Assembly: GCF_964213995.1 (NCBI RefSeq)
Contig: NC_135808.1
Location: forward strand, 20,398,001-20,462,000
Source: Mustelus asterias
Taxonomy: Eukaryota
Length of the DNA stretch: 64,000 bases
Direction: 5' to 3'
The notes under the pieces: model-generated
What the model was told of the DNA's origin: nothing
Databases searched by the model: none
The model's input: the letters and a program-made list of their open reading frames with translations, nothing else
Program-made: the position numbers and the translations under genes
Part shown: one piece after another, positions 11,970 to 25,444 of the stretch
Layout of the letters: every line of letters starts with the position of its first letter
Numbering within the stretch: position 1 is the first letter of the stretch

Positions 11970-11987
11970 ATCCTGCCGACTACGCCA
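11970..11987 (-). promoter_or_regulatory. Primer-binding site, tRNA-Ser
   Basis: TGGCGTAGTCGGCAGGAT lies 3 nt inside the 5' LTR and is complementary to the vertebrate tRNA-Ser 3' end ATCCTGCCGACTACGCCA. Confidence 0.92.
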
Positions 11988-11990
11988 ATT

Positions 11991-12581
11991 TGTTGTGGGA
12001 AAAATCCACTAGTAGTCAGACTTCGGGATTCAGAAAATACGTTTAATTTAACAGAGCTCCGTGGAGACAAGGCACATGTCTGTAGCAAACCTTCTCTCGG
12101 TAGAATGTCGGGAGCGGTCCATCTTTATACTTTTTACACAATGGATGGACCGGTGATTCGAACATTATCACATCGTTTAGGCAGGTACAAACAGATATAG
12201 ACATTTAACATAGTATTGTTTTTATGAATGGGTACATTTCCTTATGTCTGTATCTATCAATGGTTGGTTTCGGCTCATTCAGGTGTTAATTGGTTTCCTC
12301 GCATTCATATTTTCCCGCCCTTCCTATGGCTAATCTATTCCCTTTGTTTCGGGTTTTCCTTATCTTAAAGGATATCTCGACTCTCTGCTTGGCTTCCTGA
12401 GGTGTTTGTTTACTATGAGTCACTGTCTGTGATTAAGGAATGGCTTGTCTGTTAAGTTTTGATTTAAAGTGATTTCTGATAAGTGGGAGCCGGTGTCTGC
12501 TTTTTGGCTCCTTTCCCAGTTAACTCTTTATGTGCCAGGCAGCCATTTTAAAGTGTGTTCTCCTTGTATTTTCCCTTTACA
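11991..12581 (-). repeat. ERV 5' LTR
   Basis: TGTAAAGGG...CCCACAACA on the minus strand, TATAAA at 12124-12129, about 15 mismatches to the other LTR (counted by eye). Confidence 0.97.
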
Positions 12582-14207
12582 GATGCTGTCAGGCCTGCTG
12601 AGATTTTTCAGCATTTTCTGTTTTTTGTTTCAGTTCCAGCATCTGCAGAATTTTGCTTTCAAGAGGCAGGGGACGTTTTATCTTCACCTGAAAGTGTACA
12701 AGGACCACACATTATAATACCATTTGATAGATGGGATGTTCAACAGTGAAACACTCCCTAAGTATTGACCTGAAATGTTAGCCTGACATTAATGCTCAAG
12801 TTACTGGAGTGGGATTGAAATACCCATTCGCCTCTGGCTTGGAACCATATGGGTCACGTCTGAGATAAGGGAAGCTTTAACATGTTCAACATCTGGCAGA
12901 TTGACAATCTGTAACCATAGTGTTAGAATTGGATTCAGAACATTGAGACATGTTAACACCCAATCCCTGTGAAGAATGGCATTGTGTTTAGTCTGTTAAT
13001 AAGACCGAACTACGCAAATTAAAAAATATTGACATGTATCTCACCAGCTGGATGTCAAATCATAAGTGCCAGAGAAATGCAGATTTATGGACTAGTCCAG
13101 ATTACTGCAAAAATGACGATTGTTAATGCCAATTCTGTCAAAAACATGAGTGCTGATTAAAGGTAAATCTTTGATTCTTAATCAACGCCATCTTTAAGAT
13201 AGTAGCAGATTTACAGTAAATTGGTCTTTAACTAGGTACGTTTTTTATTCATTGACGGGATGTGGGCGTCACTTATAATGTGGTCATTTTTCATTCAAAA
13301 CTATTCCATGCTGACAGAGGGAGAGGTTCAGAACCAAAGTAATTGTATGACAAACAAAATAGTGTAATACCCGAGGCAGAATGGACTACTGGGCCCCAAC
13401 CTCCCATCTAATTGACAATTAGAGTGGAATTGGGTAACACTTATCAGTTGAAGCGCTTGCCGTCAAACATTGCCCAGGCTCAGAGATGGAACGTAGAATC
13501 ACAGAATCCCTACAGTGCAGAAGGAGGCCAGTTGGCCCATCGTGTCTGCACTGACTACAATCCCACCCAGGCCCTATCCCCATAACCCATGCATTTACCT
13601 TAGCTAGTCCCCTGACACTAAGGGGCAATTTAGCATGGCCAATCCGCCCAACCCGCACATGTTTGGACCGTGGGAGGAAACTGGAGCACCTGGAGGAAAC
13701 CCATGCAGACATTGTGCAAACTCCGCACAGACAGTGATCCAAACTGGGAATCGAACTCAGGTGCCTGGCACTGTGAGGCAGCAGTGCTAACCATTGTGCC
13801 ACTGAGCAGCCCCCCAATGAAGATTGTCAGTGGTGGGGCAACCACGGCCTGCCATATGTAGAACAATAGGGCTAGTGTGAAACAGTTTTTGTGGTAGTAG
13901 TTGGCAGGAGTACTATTATGTGAATAACTTTCTGATATTTATATTGCCCCCAAATGAATTGAAATGACCCAAAACATTTCTATAGCCAGTTTTCTTTTGA
14001 ATATCTTTAATAGTAACAAACTATCTTTATTTGCTTTGCTACCTTGACTGTACTTGGTCTGCACTGGCGGCACAGTAGCACAGTGGTTGGAATTGCTGCT
14101 TCACAGCTCCAGAAGCCCGAGTTCGATTCCTGTCTTGGGTCACTATCTATGTGGAGTTTACACATTCTCCTCGTGTCTGCGTGGGTTTCCTCCGGGTGCT
14201 CCGGTTT

Positions 14208-15191
14208 AGAACATAGAACATAGAACATTACAGCGCAGTACAGGCCCTTCGGCCCTCGATGTTGCGCCGACCAGTGGTACCAATCTAAAGCCCCTATAAT
14301 CTACACTATTCCAACATCATCCATATGTTTATCCAATAACCACTTGAACGCTCTCAAAGTTGACGAGTCCACCACTGCTGCAGGCAGGGCATTCCACACC
14401 CTTACTACTCTCTGAGTAAAGAACCTACCTCTAACGTCTGTCCTATATCTCTCACCCCTCAATTTAAAGCTATGTCCCCTCGTGCTAGCCAACACCATCC
14501 GAGGAAAAAGGCTCTCACTATCCACACTATCTAATCCTCTGATCATCTTGTATGCCTCTATTAAGTCACCTCTTAACCTTCTTCTCTCTAACGAAAACAA
14601 CCTCAAGCCCCTCAGCCTTTCCTCATACGATTTTCCCACCATACCAGGCAACATCCTGGTAAATCTCCTCTGCACCCTTTCCAACACTTCCACATCTTTC
14701 CTATAATACGGCGACCAGAACTGTACACAATACTCCAAATGCGGCCGCACCAGAGTTTTGTACAGTTGCAGCATGACCTCCTGGCTCCGAAACTCAATCC
14801 CTCTACCAATAAAAGCTAACACACCGTATGCCTTCTTAAGAACCCTATCAATATGGGTGCCAACTTTCAGGGATCTATGCACATGGACACCCAGATCCCT
14901 CTGTTCATCCACACTACCAAGTATCTTACCATTAGCCCAGTACTCTGTTTTCCTGTTACTCCTTCCAAAGTGAATCACCTCACACTTTTCCGCATTAAAC
15001 TCCATTTGCCACCTCTCAGCCCAGCTCTGCAGCTTATCTATGTCCCTCTGTAACCTGCCACTTCCCTCCGCACTGTCTGCAACTCCACCGACTTTAGTGT
15101 CATCCGCAAATTTACTAATCCATCCTTCTGCACCCTCATCCAAGTCATTAATAAAAATGACAAACAGCAGTGTCCCCGAAACAGATCCTTG
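14208..15191 (-). mobile_element. CR1 LINE 3' fragment inserted in an HE1 SINE
   Basis: Reverse-transcriptase motif KFADDTK, (ttctatg)n tail, TSD CGGTTT (14202-07 and 15192-97). Confidence 0.95.
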
Positions 15192-15971
15192 CGGTTTCCT
15201 CCCACAGTCCAGATGTGTGGGCTAGGTCGATTGGCCATGCTAAAAATTGCCCCTTAGTGTCCTGAGATGCGTAGGTTAGAGGGATTAGCGGGTAAATATG
15301 TAGGCATATGGGGTAGGTCCTGGGTGGGATTGTGGTCGGTGCAGACTCGATGGGGCGAATGGCCTCTTTCTGTACTGTAGGGCTTCTATGATCTGCGGAT
15401 CATTAAATTTCTTATCAATTGTGTTGCTCTGCATGTAGCTCCATGAATACCACCTATCGTTTCTCGGCACCACTGGAAGCCACAAAGCACCTTCCGGCCA
15501 ATGGAGTACTTCTGATGTTAAGTCACTTTGGTAATGTAGGGAACACGGCAGCCAATTTGCGCACAGGAAGATCCCACGAACACCAAATGATCATGACTAG
15601 ATAATCCGTTTTAGTGATAGTGGTCAAAAGACATATCCTGGCCATGACCCTGGAGACAAATCCCCTGTTTCTCCTCAAAGTGGTATACTTATGCATGAGA
15701 GGGAAGGTCAGGCCTCAATTCATCATGTCATCTTAAAGCCGGCACCCGGGACAATGCTGCACTCTCTGAATATTGCACTGGAGTATCAACCTTCATTTTA
15801 TTGTGTGCCATTTCGGGAGTGGGGTTTGTGATTCAGATTCCAGGCTACTAACAACTGAGGCAAAACTGGCACGGCAAATGGATGCACAGTAAAGAAAGAA
15901 ACACTGCAAGAGTAAAGCTGATATCAATTCGAATTGGCACAGTGAGAAGTAAAGACTCACATTCCAACTAT

Positions 15972-16316
15972 GCGGCATGGTAGCACAGTGGTTAGCACTG
16001 CTGCTTCATAGCTCCAGGGTCCCGGGTTCGATTCCCGGCTCGGGTCACTGTCTGTGTGGAGTTTGCACATTCTCCTCGTGTCTGCGTGGGTTTCCTCCAG
16101 GTGCTCCGGTTTCCTCCCACAGTCCAAAAGATGTGCGGGTTAGGTTGATTGGCCAGGTTAAAAAAAAAATTGCCCTTAAAGTCCTGGGATGCGTAGGTTA
16201 GAGGGATTAGCGGGTAAAATATGTGGGGGTAGGGCCTGGGTGGGATTGTGGTCGGTGCAGACTCGATGGGCCAAATGGCCTCCTTCTGCACTGTAGGGTT
16301 TCTATGATTTCTATGA
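15972..16316 (+). mobile_element. HE1/V-SINE with CR1-type tail (also 1-275 +, 13495-13803 -, 14066-15392 + split, 18393-18710 -, 19182-19537 +, 21912-22158 -, 35399-35720 +, 42370-42685 -, 50954-51268 +)
   Basis: Same head and V-domain. The tail gggcc.aatggcctccttctgcactgtaggg.ttctatga is shared with CR1 3' ends. Confidence 0.92.
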
Positions 16317-16324
16317 TCTTTCAA

Positions 16325-16494
16325 TTGCGTCTCTGTCTATATGTGCCGTGTTTGTGAACCCAGCTCTCCACTCACCTGAGGAAGGAGCAGCGCTCCGAAA
16401 GCTTGTGATTTCAATAAACATGTTGGACTTTAACCTGCTGTTGTGAGTGTTCTTACTGTGCCCACCCCAGTCCAACGCTGGCATCTCCTCATCA
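16325..16494 (+). mobile_element. PLE terminal fragment with HHR motif (16372-16408)
   Basis: TCAC-CTGAGGA-A-GGAGC agc GCTCC-GAAA-GCTT-GTGA, followed by the same aataaac.tgttggactttaacctg tail as the GIY-YIG element at 55425-56193. Confidence 0.8.
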
Positions 16495-19400
16495 ATTCTA
16501 ATTTGGGTATACCATTAACAACTTAGGTGTTGGGGATCAGAAAGGTCTTTGTTCGCAAACATACATGGCACCGAATCCAATTCTATATTCCACTTGCATG
16601 CTTTAATTTGATGGGACAGGCCACGCACATAAGGCCAGGCTACAGTCTACACAGGAAATATGAATGAACTCCATCCAAGGGATGTGAGCAGCTCCACCTA
16701 TCTTCTAGTATCTGTCATGACGTGGAAATTATGGATAAGCTGAATTGACCTGTAAGCCCTAAAGGATGATACCGGCAGACAAAAAATGCACCTACAACTT
16801 CAGGTGTTAGGGTGGGGTTTTATATTTATATCGTGTGATCAAAACAATAGGAAACTTATAGCGCCGATATGAAATGATTGTGCAGATCATTTAAATGAAG
16901 ATAGGGAAATTTCACAGTAACTTCATTGCAGTGTTAATGTAAGCCTTACTTGTGACTAATAAATAAAACTTTAAAACTTGAAAAAAGACTTTAAACTTTA
17001 AGATAGTATCCATTTGTTTCAAAGCATTTCAAGTGGCTTTCTCGGTCATTTCTGAGGATATTTCAAAGTCAACCACATTGCTGTGGACCTGGAGGCACGC
17101 TTACCGTCCAGACCAGGTAAGGATGGCCAATTTCCTTTGGTGAACCAGATGGGTTTCACCACAATTGGCAATAGTTTCATGGTCACCATTAGACCTTTAA
17201 TTCCCGATTTTTAAGCAATTCAAATTTGACTTATCAATTCAAATATCGAATAAGAAAAAAAGAGGTGCATTGTGAATAAATCTGTTTGTTAAGACCAATA
17301 GAAGCATTCTGAAACTGTTAAAAAAAATGCCAATAAAATCCAGCCAGCTTCATCATCTGTGCTATATATTCTAATAAAACCACCTGACAAACCTCCAGCA
17401 CAAAGTACAATTACATAATTGTGAGGTTCATCGTCAATGGGTTCAATTTCCGGCTTGAGTCTCTGCCTGTGCGGACTATGCATATTCTCCCTGTGTCTGT
17501 GTGGATTTCCTCTGGGTGCTCCGGTTTCCTCCCACAGTGTGAAAGACACGCTGGTTCGGTGCATTGGCCATGCTAAATTCTCCCTCAGTGTACAGAATAG
17601 GTGCTGGAATGTGGCAACGAGGGGATTTTCACAGTAATTTCATTTCAGTGTTAATCTAAGCTTACTTGTGACACTAATAAATAAACAATGGGACAATTTC
17701 ATGAATGTGGCTGGCCACATACATATAATTCCATTTGAATATTCCCCGTTATAACTCAGAACTTTCAATTTTTCTTTGTCTGCTCCAACCCTCACTTTCT
17801 CATCTATTATTCCAAAAGTTTCCTATCTCCGAGGTTAGATTTTTAAATATTAATTTAAGGAAAGTGGGCGTCGCTGGCTGGGCCAGAATTTATTGCCCAT
17901 TCCAAATTGCTCACCAGCACCTTCTCCAGGGCAATTATGGATGGGCGATAACTCCTGGTCGAGCCAGCGACACACACTTCCCGTAAAGTAACATTTTAAA
18001 TGATATAAGTCGATTGACTTGAAATGCTTTCTTTATTGGTGCTGTCTGACCTACTGAATGCTTGTCACATCCTTGCCTTTTATACTTCCGATTTTCAGCA
18101 TCTGTGGTGTTATATTTTCCTTTCATTGAAATGCAGTAGCCGTTTGGAAATCTAAAATACGTTTTGTTAATGGGCTAACGTATCCCAATCAATACAGGAT
18201 TAATACCTGTTGGATCTGTTATTTTGATTTCGCAAGTTTACACAACAGGACCAGCAAGACTTTCCAACCTCTTAAGCGAACTAATAATCTTCCAAAACAT
18301 GAGCATCCAGTCAAATGCTTAACAGCCGCATGTTTTTCTTAGGCAGTCATTTGGCAAGTGCTGCACGAGGTACTGGATGTGTTCAGGATTCATAGAATCC
18401 CAAAAGTGCAGAAGGAGGCCAATCGGCCCAGCGAGTCTGTACCGAACACCATCCCACCCAGACGGTATCCCCATAACACCATGCATTTACCCTGCTAGTG
18501 CCACGACACTAAGAGGTGATTTAGCATGGCCAATCCACCTAACCCCCACATCTATGGACTGCGGGAAGCAACCGGAGCACCCGGAGGAAACCCACGCAGA
18601 CACGGGAAGAGCATGCAGACTCTGCACAGACAGTTACCCTCGCCGGGAATTGAACCCGGGTCCCTGTTGCTGGGAGCTGCAGTGGAAATCACTGTGCGAC
18701 CGTGCCGCCCATTTCTCTACATCCCAGATCAGTGCATAACTTAATTGCAACTAAAACCCAGAGAAACTACAGTAAAACGTGACTTACAACGGTTTCTGAA
18801 ATCTACTCAACCCCCTGGTAACTCATGAAAGAATAAGGCAAGCATATTGCTTGTACTTCTAAGATTTGCATGATGAACACATTTCTGTGCATCGGCCAAA
18901 AAATCCTTTGAAGATTTAAATGTAGCGTGAGCGAATTCCCAGCAGAAATGTTGGCGTTCGCACCATTTATTGTGGTTGAAAATGGCACCTATAATCTAGA
19001 AACAGCTAGAACGTGGTGTATGTGAACGGTCAAATGTTGATGAAGGGTAGCTCATCTTTGTATATCTTCCTGAGTGCGACCTGAACTTTGCAACTCGTTT
19101 TAACAGCTACTTTGCAGCCCCTTTATCCACATAAAGCTCACCGACTCAGTGCGACTAACAAGAGCCCAGTAATTTTATTCAGGACGGCACGGTAGCACAG
19201 TGGTTAGCACTGCTGCTTCACAGCTCCAGGGACCTGGGTTCGAGTCCCGGCTTGGGTCACTGTCTGTGTGGAGTTTGCACATTCTCCTCGTGTCTGCGTG
19301 GGTTTCCTCCGGGTGCTCCGGTTTCCTCTCACAGTCCAAAGATGTGCGGGTTAGGTTGATTGGCCATGCTAAAATTGCCCCTTAGTGCCCCTTAGTGTCC

Positions 19401-20064
19401 TGGGATGCGTAGATTAGCGGGTAAAATATGTAGGGATATCGGGGTAGGGCCTGGGTGAGATTGTGGTCGGTGCAGACTTGATGGGCCGAATGGCCTCTTT
19501 CTGTACTGTCGGGTTTGTATGATTTCTACGATTCTATGAGGACTGAGATGAGGAAGAACTTCTTCACTCAGAGAGTTTGGAAGCTGTGAAATTCTCTACC
19601 ACAGAAAGTTCTTGGGGCCAGTTCATTAGATATGTCCGAGAGGGAGCTGGACACGGCCCTTGCGGCTAAAGGGATGAAGGGGTATGGAGAGAAAGCAGGG
19701 GAGTGGGATACTGAAAGTGCATGATGAGCTGTGATCAAATTGAATGGTGGTGCAGTTTCGAAGGGGAGAATGGCCTACTCCTGTATTCTGTGTTTCCATG
19801 TTTCTATCTTGCATTTATCTAGCATGGCAATCTTGTTCCATTCAGAGCAATAACATTTGTTATTGTAATATACGGGTTACCATCATCATGGGTCTGTAAC
19901 ATACAGTCGAACAAAGATTGCTAAATGCAACTCAATCTGACCTTTCACGCATGTTATTTTCAATCTTGTCTGACGCGCCGAGAAAAAGCCAACTTACTTT
20001 GAGGTTCAGCTTGCAAGCAAGGTCGTGGAGTAACGTGTGACATTCTTGATCCGTTTCTCAGCAT

Positions 20065-20110
20065 TACTGAACCAATGACAGCTATCTGCTTGTGGCTCCG
20101 GAAAAAGCGC
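20065..20110 (+). promoter_or_regulatory. Possible promoter elements of gene A
   Basis: CCAAT followed by TGTGGC (RUNX-like) and CCGGAA (ETS-like) about 400 bp upstream of the leader exon. Motif match only. Confidence 0.25.
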
Positions 20111-20528
20111 GCAGTCTGTTAATATTTCATCGCTACATCTATCTCATACATCTTGGTCTGTTGCGCCTTATCTCTGTGTGAACAGTGGGGTCCACACCTT
20201 CTCAGCGAAACGTGACTACCATGTATTTATTTTCATTCAGAAGAATTTGAAATAATTTGATGGTGTAAGCTCCCCACACCTTCAATTTCAGCCAGCCTGG
20301 TATGCAATAGGAAAATGATTGACAGCCGAACCTCATTGGGGACAATTATTTATATAGTCAGATCCCCCCGTGCTTGCAAACGGAGGGAGGCATTTAAATA
20401 GATACTGCCAGGATCTTGAGTAATTGTTTGAGTTCTGTATTCTGCCCATCTCCAAGTTTAACATTGTGTCTTTTCCTCCTTTTATCCTACAGGTCAACCG
20501 AATTCATGAGCAAAACTCTGCAGGCATA

Positions 20529-20580
20529 ATGAACTTCAACCATTTTATCGGGATAATCTGGATGATGACCATGTTCGCCG
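20529..20580 (+). CDS. NCR3: NKp30/NCR3-like gene A, leader exon (MNFNHFIGIIWMMTMFA)
   Basis: Polypyrimidine acceptor ttttatcctacag (AG 20491-92), ATG at 20529, hydrophobic signal-peptide-like sequence, and a phase-1 donor G|gtaaga that joins the V exon in frame. Confidence 0.8.
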
Positions 20581-21014
20581 GTAAGAAAGTATTTTAAGCG
20601 ATCCCGGGTTCCAATCAGAAGATGGATGGACACACCAGATTTTTGCATTGGTGCTGCTCGTGTCAAACTCAGGTACTGTTGCAGGTTGAGAATGGATAGA
20701 TGGAGAACTAAGCCTTACAAATCAATGGTACCTAATAGGGAGATTTCCAAATTTGAGGTTGTTCATACGATTGTGAAATATTCCGATTTCAAATGTACGT
20801 ACACTAATGATCATTGGTCCATTTTTGTTTCATGTTGGTCCCTGGAATTCAAAGCTACCCTCACTCAATAAACCCAAACCGTCAGCAATTAAGTCAACAT
20901 TTTGAAATAATCAATCATAGCAATTTCATAAGATCACTTCATAGAGTCTACAGTGCAGAAGGGGGCCATTTGGCCCATTGAGCCTGCTCCGACAACACTC
21001 CCACCCAGATCCTA

Positions 21015-21905
21015 CCGTATTTGAAAGTCTGCAAATGGATATAAATAGTCTAAGTGAGTGGGCGAGAGTCTGGCAGATGGAGTACAATGTTGGTAAATGT
21101 GAAGTCATCCATTTTGGTAGGGATAACAGCAAAATGGACTATTATTTCAATGGTAAAAAATTGCAGCATGCTGCTGCGCAGAGGAACCTTGGTGTCCTTG
21201 TGCAGGAATCTCAAGGAGTTGGTTTGCAGTTGCAGCAGGTAATTAAGAAGGCAAATGGAATTTTGTCCTTCATTGCTCGAGGGATGCAGTTCAAAAACAG
21301 CGAGATTATGTTGCAGCAGTATAAGGTGCTGGTGAGGCCACATCTGGAGTACTGTGTACAGTTTTGGTCTCCTTACTTGAGAAAGGATATGCTGGCACTG
21401 GAGAGGGTGCAGAGGAGATTCACTAGGTTGATTTTGGAGTTGAGAGGGTTGGCTTATGAGGAGAGACTGAGTAGACAAGGGCTAGACTCATTGGAATTCA
21501 GAAGAATGAGGGGAGATCTTATAGAAAATTATAAGATTACGAAGGGAATAGATAAGGTAGAAGCAGGGAAGTTGTTTCCACTGGTGGGTGAAACTAGAAC
21601 GAGGGGGCATAGCCTCAAAATAAGGGGAAGCAGATTTAGGACTGAGCTGAGGAGGAACTTCTTCACACAAAGGGCTGTGAATCTGTGGAATTCCCTGCCA
21701 AGTGAAGCAGTTGAGGCTACCTCATTGAATGTTTTCAAGGCAAGGATAGATACATTTTTGAACAGTAAAGGAATTAAGGTTTATGGTGAGCGGGCGGGTA
21801 AGCAGAGCTGAGTCCACGAAAAGATCGGCCATGATCTTATTGAATGGTGGAGCAGGCTCGAGGGGCCAGATGGCCTACTCCTGCTCCTAGTTCTTATGTT
21901 ATTAT
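21015..21905 (+). mobile_element. CR1 LINE 3' fragment in gene A intron 1
   Basis: WQMEYNVGKCEVIHFG...RPHLEYCVQFWSP...RGDLIE. Confidence 0.93.
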
Positions 21906-23992
21906 GTTCTTATATCCCCGTAACGCTACATATTTACCCCCCTAATCCCCCTGACATTAAGGGACAATTTATTCTGGCCAATCAACCGGGCACGCATGTT
22001 TTTGGATTGCGGAGGAAACCCACACAGATATTGGGAGAGCGTGCAAACTCCACACAGTCACCCGAGGCCGGAATTGAACCCGGGTCCCTGGCGATGTGAG
22101 GCATGATGTGGAGATGCCGGCATTGGACTGTGAGGCAACAGTGCTAACCACTGTGCCGCTTGCTTCCAATCCTCCTAATCTCTAGTGGCATGGTGACACA
22201 ATGGTTCGCACTGCTGCCTCACAGCCCCATGGACCCGGGTTTGATTCCTGGCTTGGGTCACTGTCTGTGTGGAGTTTGCATGTTCTCCTCATGTCTGCAT
22301 GAGTTTCCCCCTGATGCTCTGGTTTCCTCCCACAGTCCGAAAGACGTGCTGGTTAGGCGCATTGACCATGTGAAATTCTCCCTCAGTGTACCCGAACAGA
22401 CGCTGGAGTGTGGCGACTCGGAGATTTTCACAGTAACTTCATTGCGGTGTTAATGTAAGTCGACTTGTGACACTAATGAATAACCTTTAACTTTGATCGT
22501 TAGTTGTGACATGATGAGGAGATGAATAACGTCCGATGCAAAAAGGATGTAAAGGATCAATTAAAAATGCTCACTGATTTATAAACAGTGGAGCCTTAGT
22601 GTCATATGGGCTACTCTTCTAAATTCACGGGTCAACTATACTTAGAAACTTGGGTTCAGCTTTCCTGACTCTGGCTTAAAAATGTAGCTCTACTGGAAAA
22701 GATTCACAGACGAGCAACAAAATCCTTTCCACGTGTAACATTGTGAGACATGAGAAATCAGACATTTCAATACCGAAATAAAAGAGTCGGGAGGGTATCA
22801 GGAGAGACATTCAAATGAAATGGTATTCATAAGTTCTCGCCAATTATTATTGCAGAGTCATGTAAGCAGAAGAAGTTTGATGAATGCAATGGAAATGATA
22901 TTTTGACTGCAGCGGAGAATTATTGTTGATTAAAAATTATAACAGTTGCAGTGATCCATGCAAGGAACAATAGAAGTTCCTATTAAGGAAAGTAAAAAGG
23001 ACAATTAAAAGCGATGCGTGGGGAACCACGTCACAACTGGTCTTTGAGCGGTTCAGGGGCATTTCACTGCCACCGTCTCTTTAGTTCCCATGCTGAATTA
23101 GATCAGTTAATCTTTTCCAGTTTCCGCCAAAAACAGGCTATTTGCAGGCAATGTCGCTGCATTGAAATTCATGCTTTTCTAAATACGTAGTGCCACATTA
23201 ACTTGCTGATACCAGTAATGTATCCTGAATTGGATACAAAAGTAGGGAGGGTTGTACAGAATACTGGAGATATAAATACGCTGGAAACAATTCACAGAGG
23301 TTTTATGAGACTAATACCCGGAATGGTTGGGTTGTCTTCTGAGGAGAGGTTAAAGAGGCTTGTATCCATTGCAGTTTAATAGAGTAAGAGGCAACTTCAT
23401 TGAAGCTGGCACGCCCGCCCGAGGCACGTAAGATCGCGGCCGAGGCCAACGAGGATGCCATTTTACGAGCCTCGCCCCCCCCGATTTTGGGGCCATAAGA
23501 TCCTGAGAGATCTCGAGAGGGTGGATGTAGAGAAGCTGATCCCTCTTGTGGGAGAATCTAGAAATAGGGGTCACTGTTTAAAAGTAAGGGGTCGCCCATT
23601 TAAAAGGGAGATCAGGCTAATTAATTTCTCTCGGAGGGTCGTGAGTCTCTGGAATTACCTTCCTGACAGGCGAGGCTTTGACTATTTTTTAAGGCGAGAT
23701 GGATAGATTCATAGGCAAGGTGCAGAGTTGAGGTTACTATCAGATCAGCAAGCAATCATCTTATGGAATGGGGAAGCAGGCTCGATGGACTGAATAGCCA
23801 ACTCTTGCTCCTTGTTCGTACGTTCGTGTGAAAGTTAACATTTTCCAGATTAGCGGAATGTATCATTTACTCCACCCAAGTAACGTTTTTAATATTAAAC
23901 GGTAAAGGTCTTCTTTAAAAGATCTAAGCTTTCCTCCCATGAAACAAGCGTCACAACCTACTTTTAATCTTGTTAACTTTATCCATCTACAG

Positions 23993-24343
23993 CAATTACT
24001 GTTGGAAATATCGCAGTTATTCAGAACCCGCAATCCCTCACCAAAGCCCCGGGGCAGGCCGCGGACCTGGGCTGTACATATGAGGGTCCCACTGGAGTCG
24101 GTGGCTACAAGTGGCAAAGGGGCACCAAGCAGGGGAATGAAGTCTCCAACGATACTGCGGGATTTAGGGGTCGGGTGTTCGGAGCAACTCAGGAGGATTT
24201 CAGCAAGAGGAGAAACGCGTCGATTCGAATCATGGATCTGAAACCGGAGGATACCGGCTTCTATTTTTGCAAAGTGGAGCTGGTGGGAATCGGTGCCGCC
24301 TATGGAGCCGGGACAACAGTGACCGTGAGCCGTGACGAAGCTG
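23993..24343 (+). CDS. NCR3: NKp30/NCR3-like gene A, single-exon VJ-type IgV domain
   Basis: Acceptor catctacag, donor G|gtaagt, 351 bp open, phase 1-1. Translation: AITVGNIAVIQNPQSLTKAPGQAADLGCTYEGPTGVGGYKWQRGTKQGNEVSNDTAGFRGRVFGATQEDFSKRRNASIRIMDLKPEDTGFYFCKVELVGIGAAYGAGTTVTVSRDEA. It has the canonical C-W-DxGxYxC and GxGT. GNEVSNDTAGFRGRV and YFCKVELVGIG match human NKp30 GKEVRNGTPEFRGRL and YVCRVEVLGLG (human sequence recalled). Confidence 0.93.
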
Positions 24344-24789
24344 GTAAGTGGGAGATGGAGGAGTTATTCTTATGAATCGATTTGCAACAAATTGTGGGAT
24401 ACAATTGAACATCTCCCATACAGGTGAATTATCAATTAGACCAACTTGAACTCTCAAACTGCGACCTCCACTATTAGAAAAACAAGGCAGTAACTCCACT
24501 GGGAACATTACCAAGTACCCATCCAATTCACACAGCATCCTGACTTTAACTATATGGCGCACCCCTTCACTGGATCAAAATCATTTAACGCCCTCTTTAA
24601 CAGCTCTGTGGGTGCAGTACATACACCAGATATGGCAGCAGCGGTTTCCAGAAGACACTTGCCACCACCCTCACAATGGGGTATCCTGGACAGGCAATTA
24701 GTGTTAGCCTTGATCGTGCCGACTGTTTCCCGAGAATGAATTATTTTAAGGCCACCACAATATAGGGAGAATGTAATTGCAATGGAGAG

Positions 24790-25440
24790 GGAAGTTAGAT
24801 ACGGTGGTTAAGAAGTAGTATGGGAGATTTGCCTTTATTAGCTGAAGCATAGAGGACATGAGCAGGGAGGTCATGCTGGAACTGTATAAAACGCTAGTTA
24901 GACCACTGCTCGAGTACTGCGTGCAGCTCTGGCCACCGTATTATTGGAACGATGCAATTGCACTGGAGATGCAGCAGAGGAAATTTACTAGGATGCTGCC
25001 TGTGCTGGAGGGTCTAAGCTATGAAGAATGATTCAAAAGGATGAGGCTCTTTACCTTGGAGCAGTGAAGGTTGAGAGGGGAATTGATTGAGGTGTACAGG
25101 TTAATGAGGGGCATAAATAGGGTGGATAGGAAGGCACATTTTCTATTAGTAGAGTGGTCAATAACAAGGGGGAATTGATTTGATATAAGATGTAGAAAGC
25201 TAAGAAGAGAGTTAAGGAGAAACGTTTTCACCCAGAGGGTGGTGCGAGTCTGGAGGTCACTGTTTGAAAGGGTGGATGAGTCATAACTTCTTGTATCATT
25301 TAAGAAGTATTTTAGATATTCATTTATGCTGCCGTGACCTCTAGGGCTATGGGCCAAGAGCTGGAAAATGGGGTGAGTGTAGTCAAATCATTGTTAAACG
25401 CCTGGACACGATGGGCCAACTGGCCTCCATCCACGCTGTA
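24790..25440 (+). mobile_element. Old CR1 3' fragment (paralogous copy at about 32300-32945)
   Basis: Degenerate LYKTLVRPLLEYCVQLW, part of the duplicated post-V intron block. Confidence 0.75.
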
Positions 25441-25444
25441 AAGG

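Larger units (their letters stand above)
6034..12581 (-). mobile_element. Endogenous retrovirus, pol-deleted non-autonomous provirus (LTR-gag-partial IN-env-LTR)
   Basis: Two 591-bp TG...CA direct repeats, TSD GATGC (6029-6033 and 12582-12586), PBS, polypurine tract, and gag, integrase and env motifs. Confidence 0.97.
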
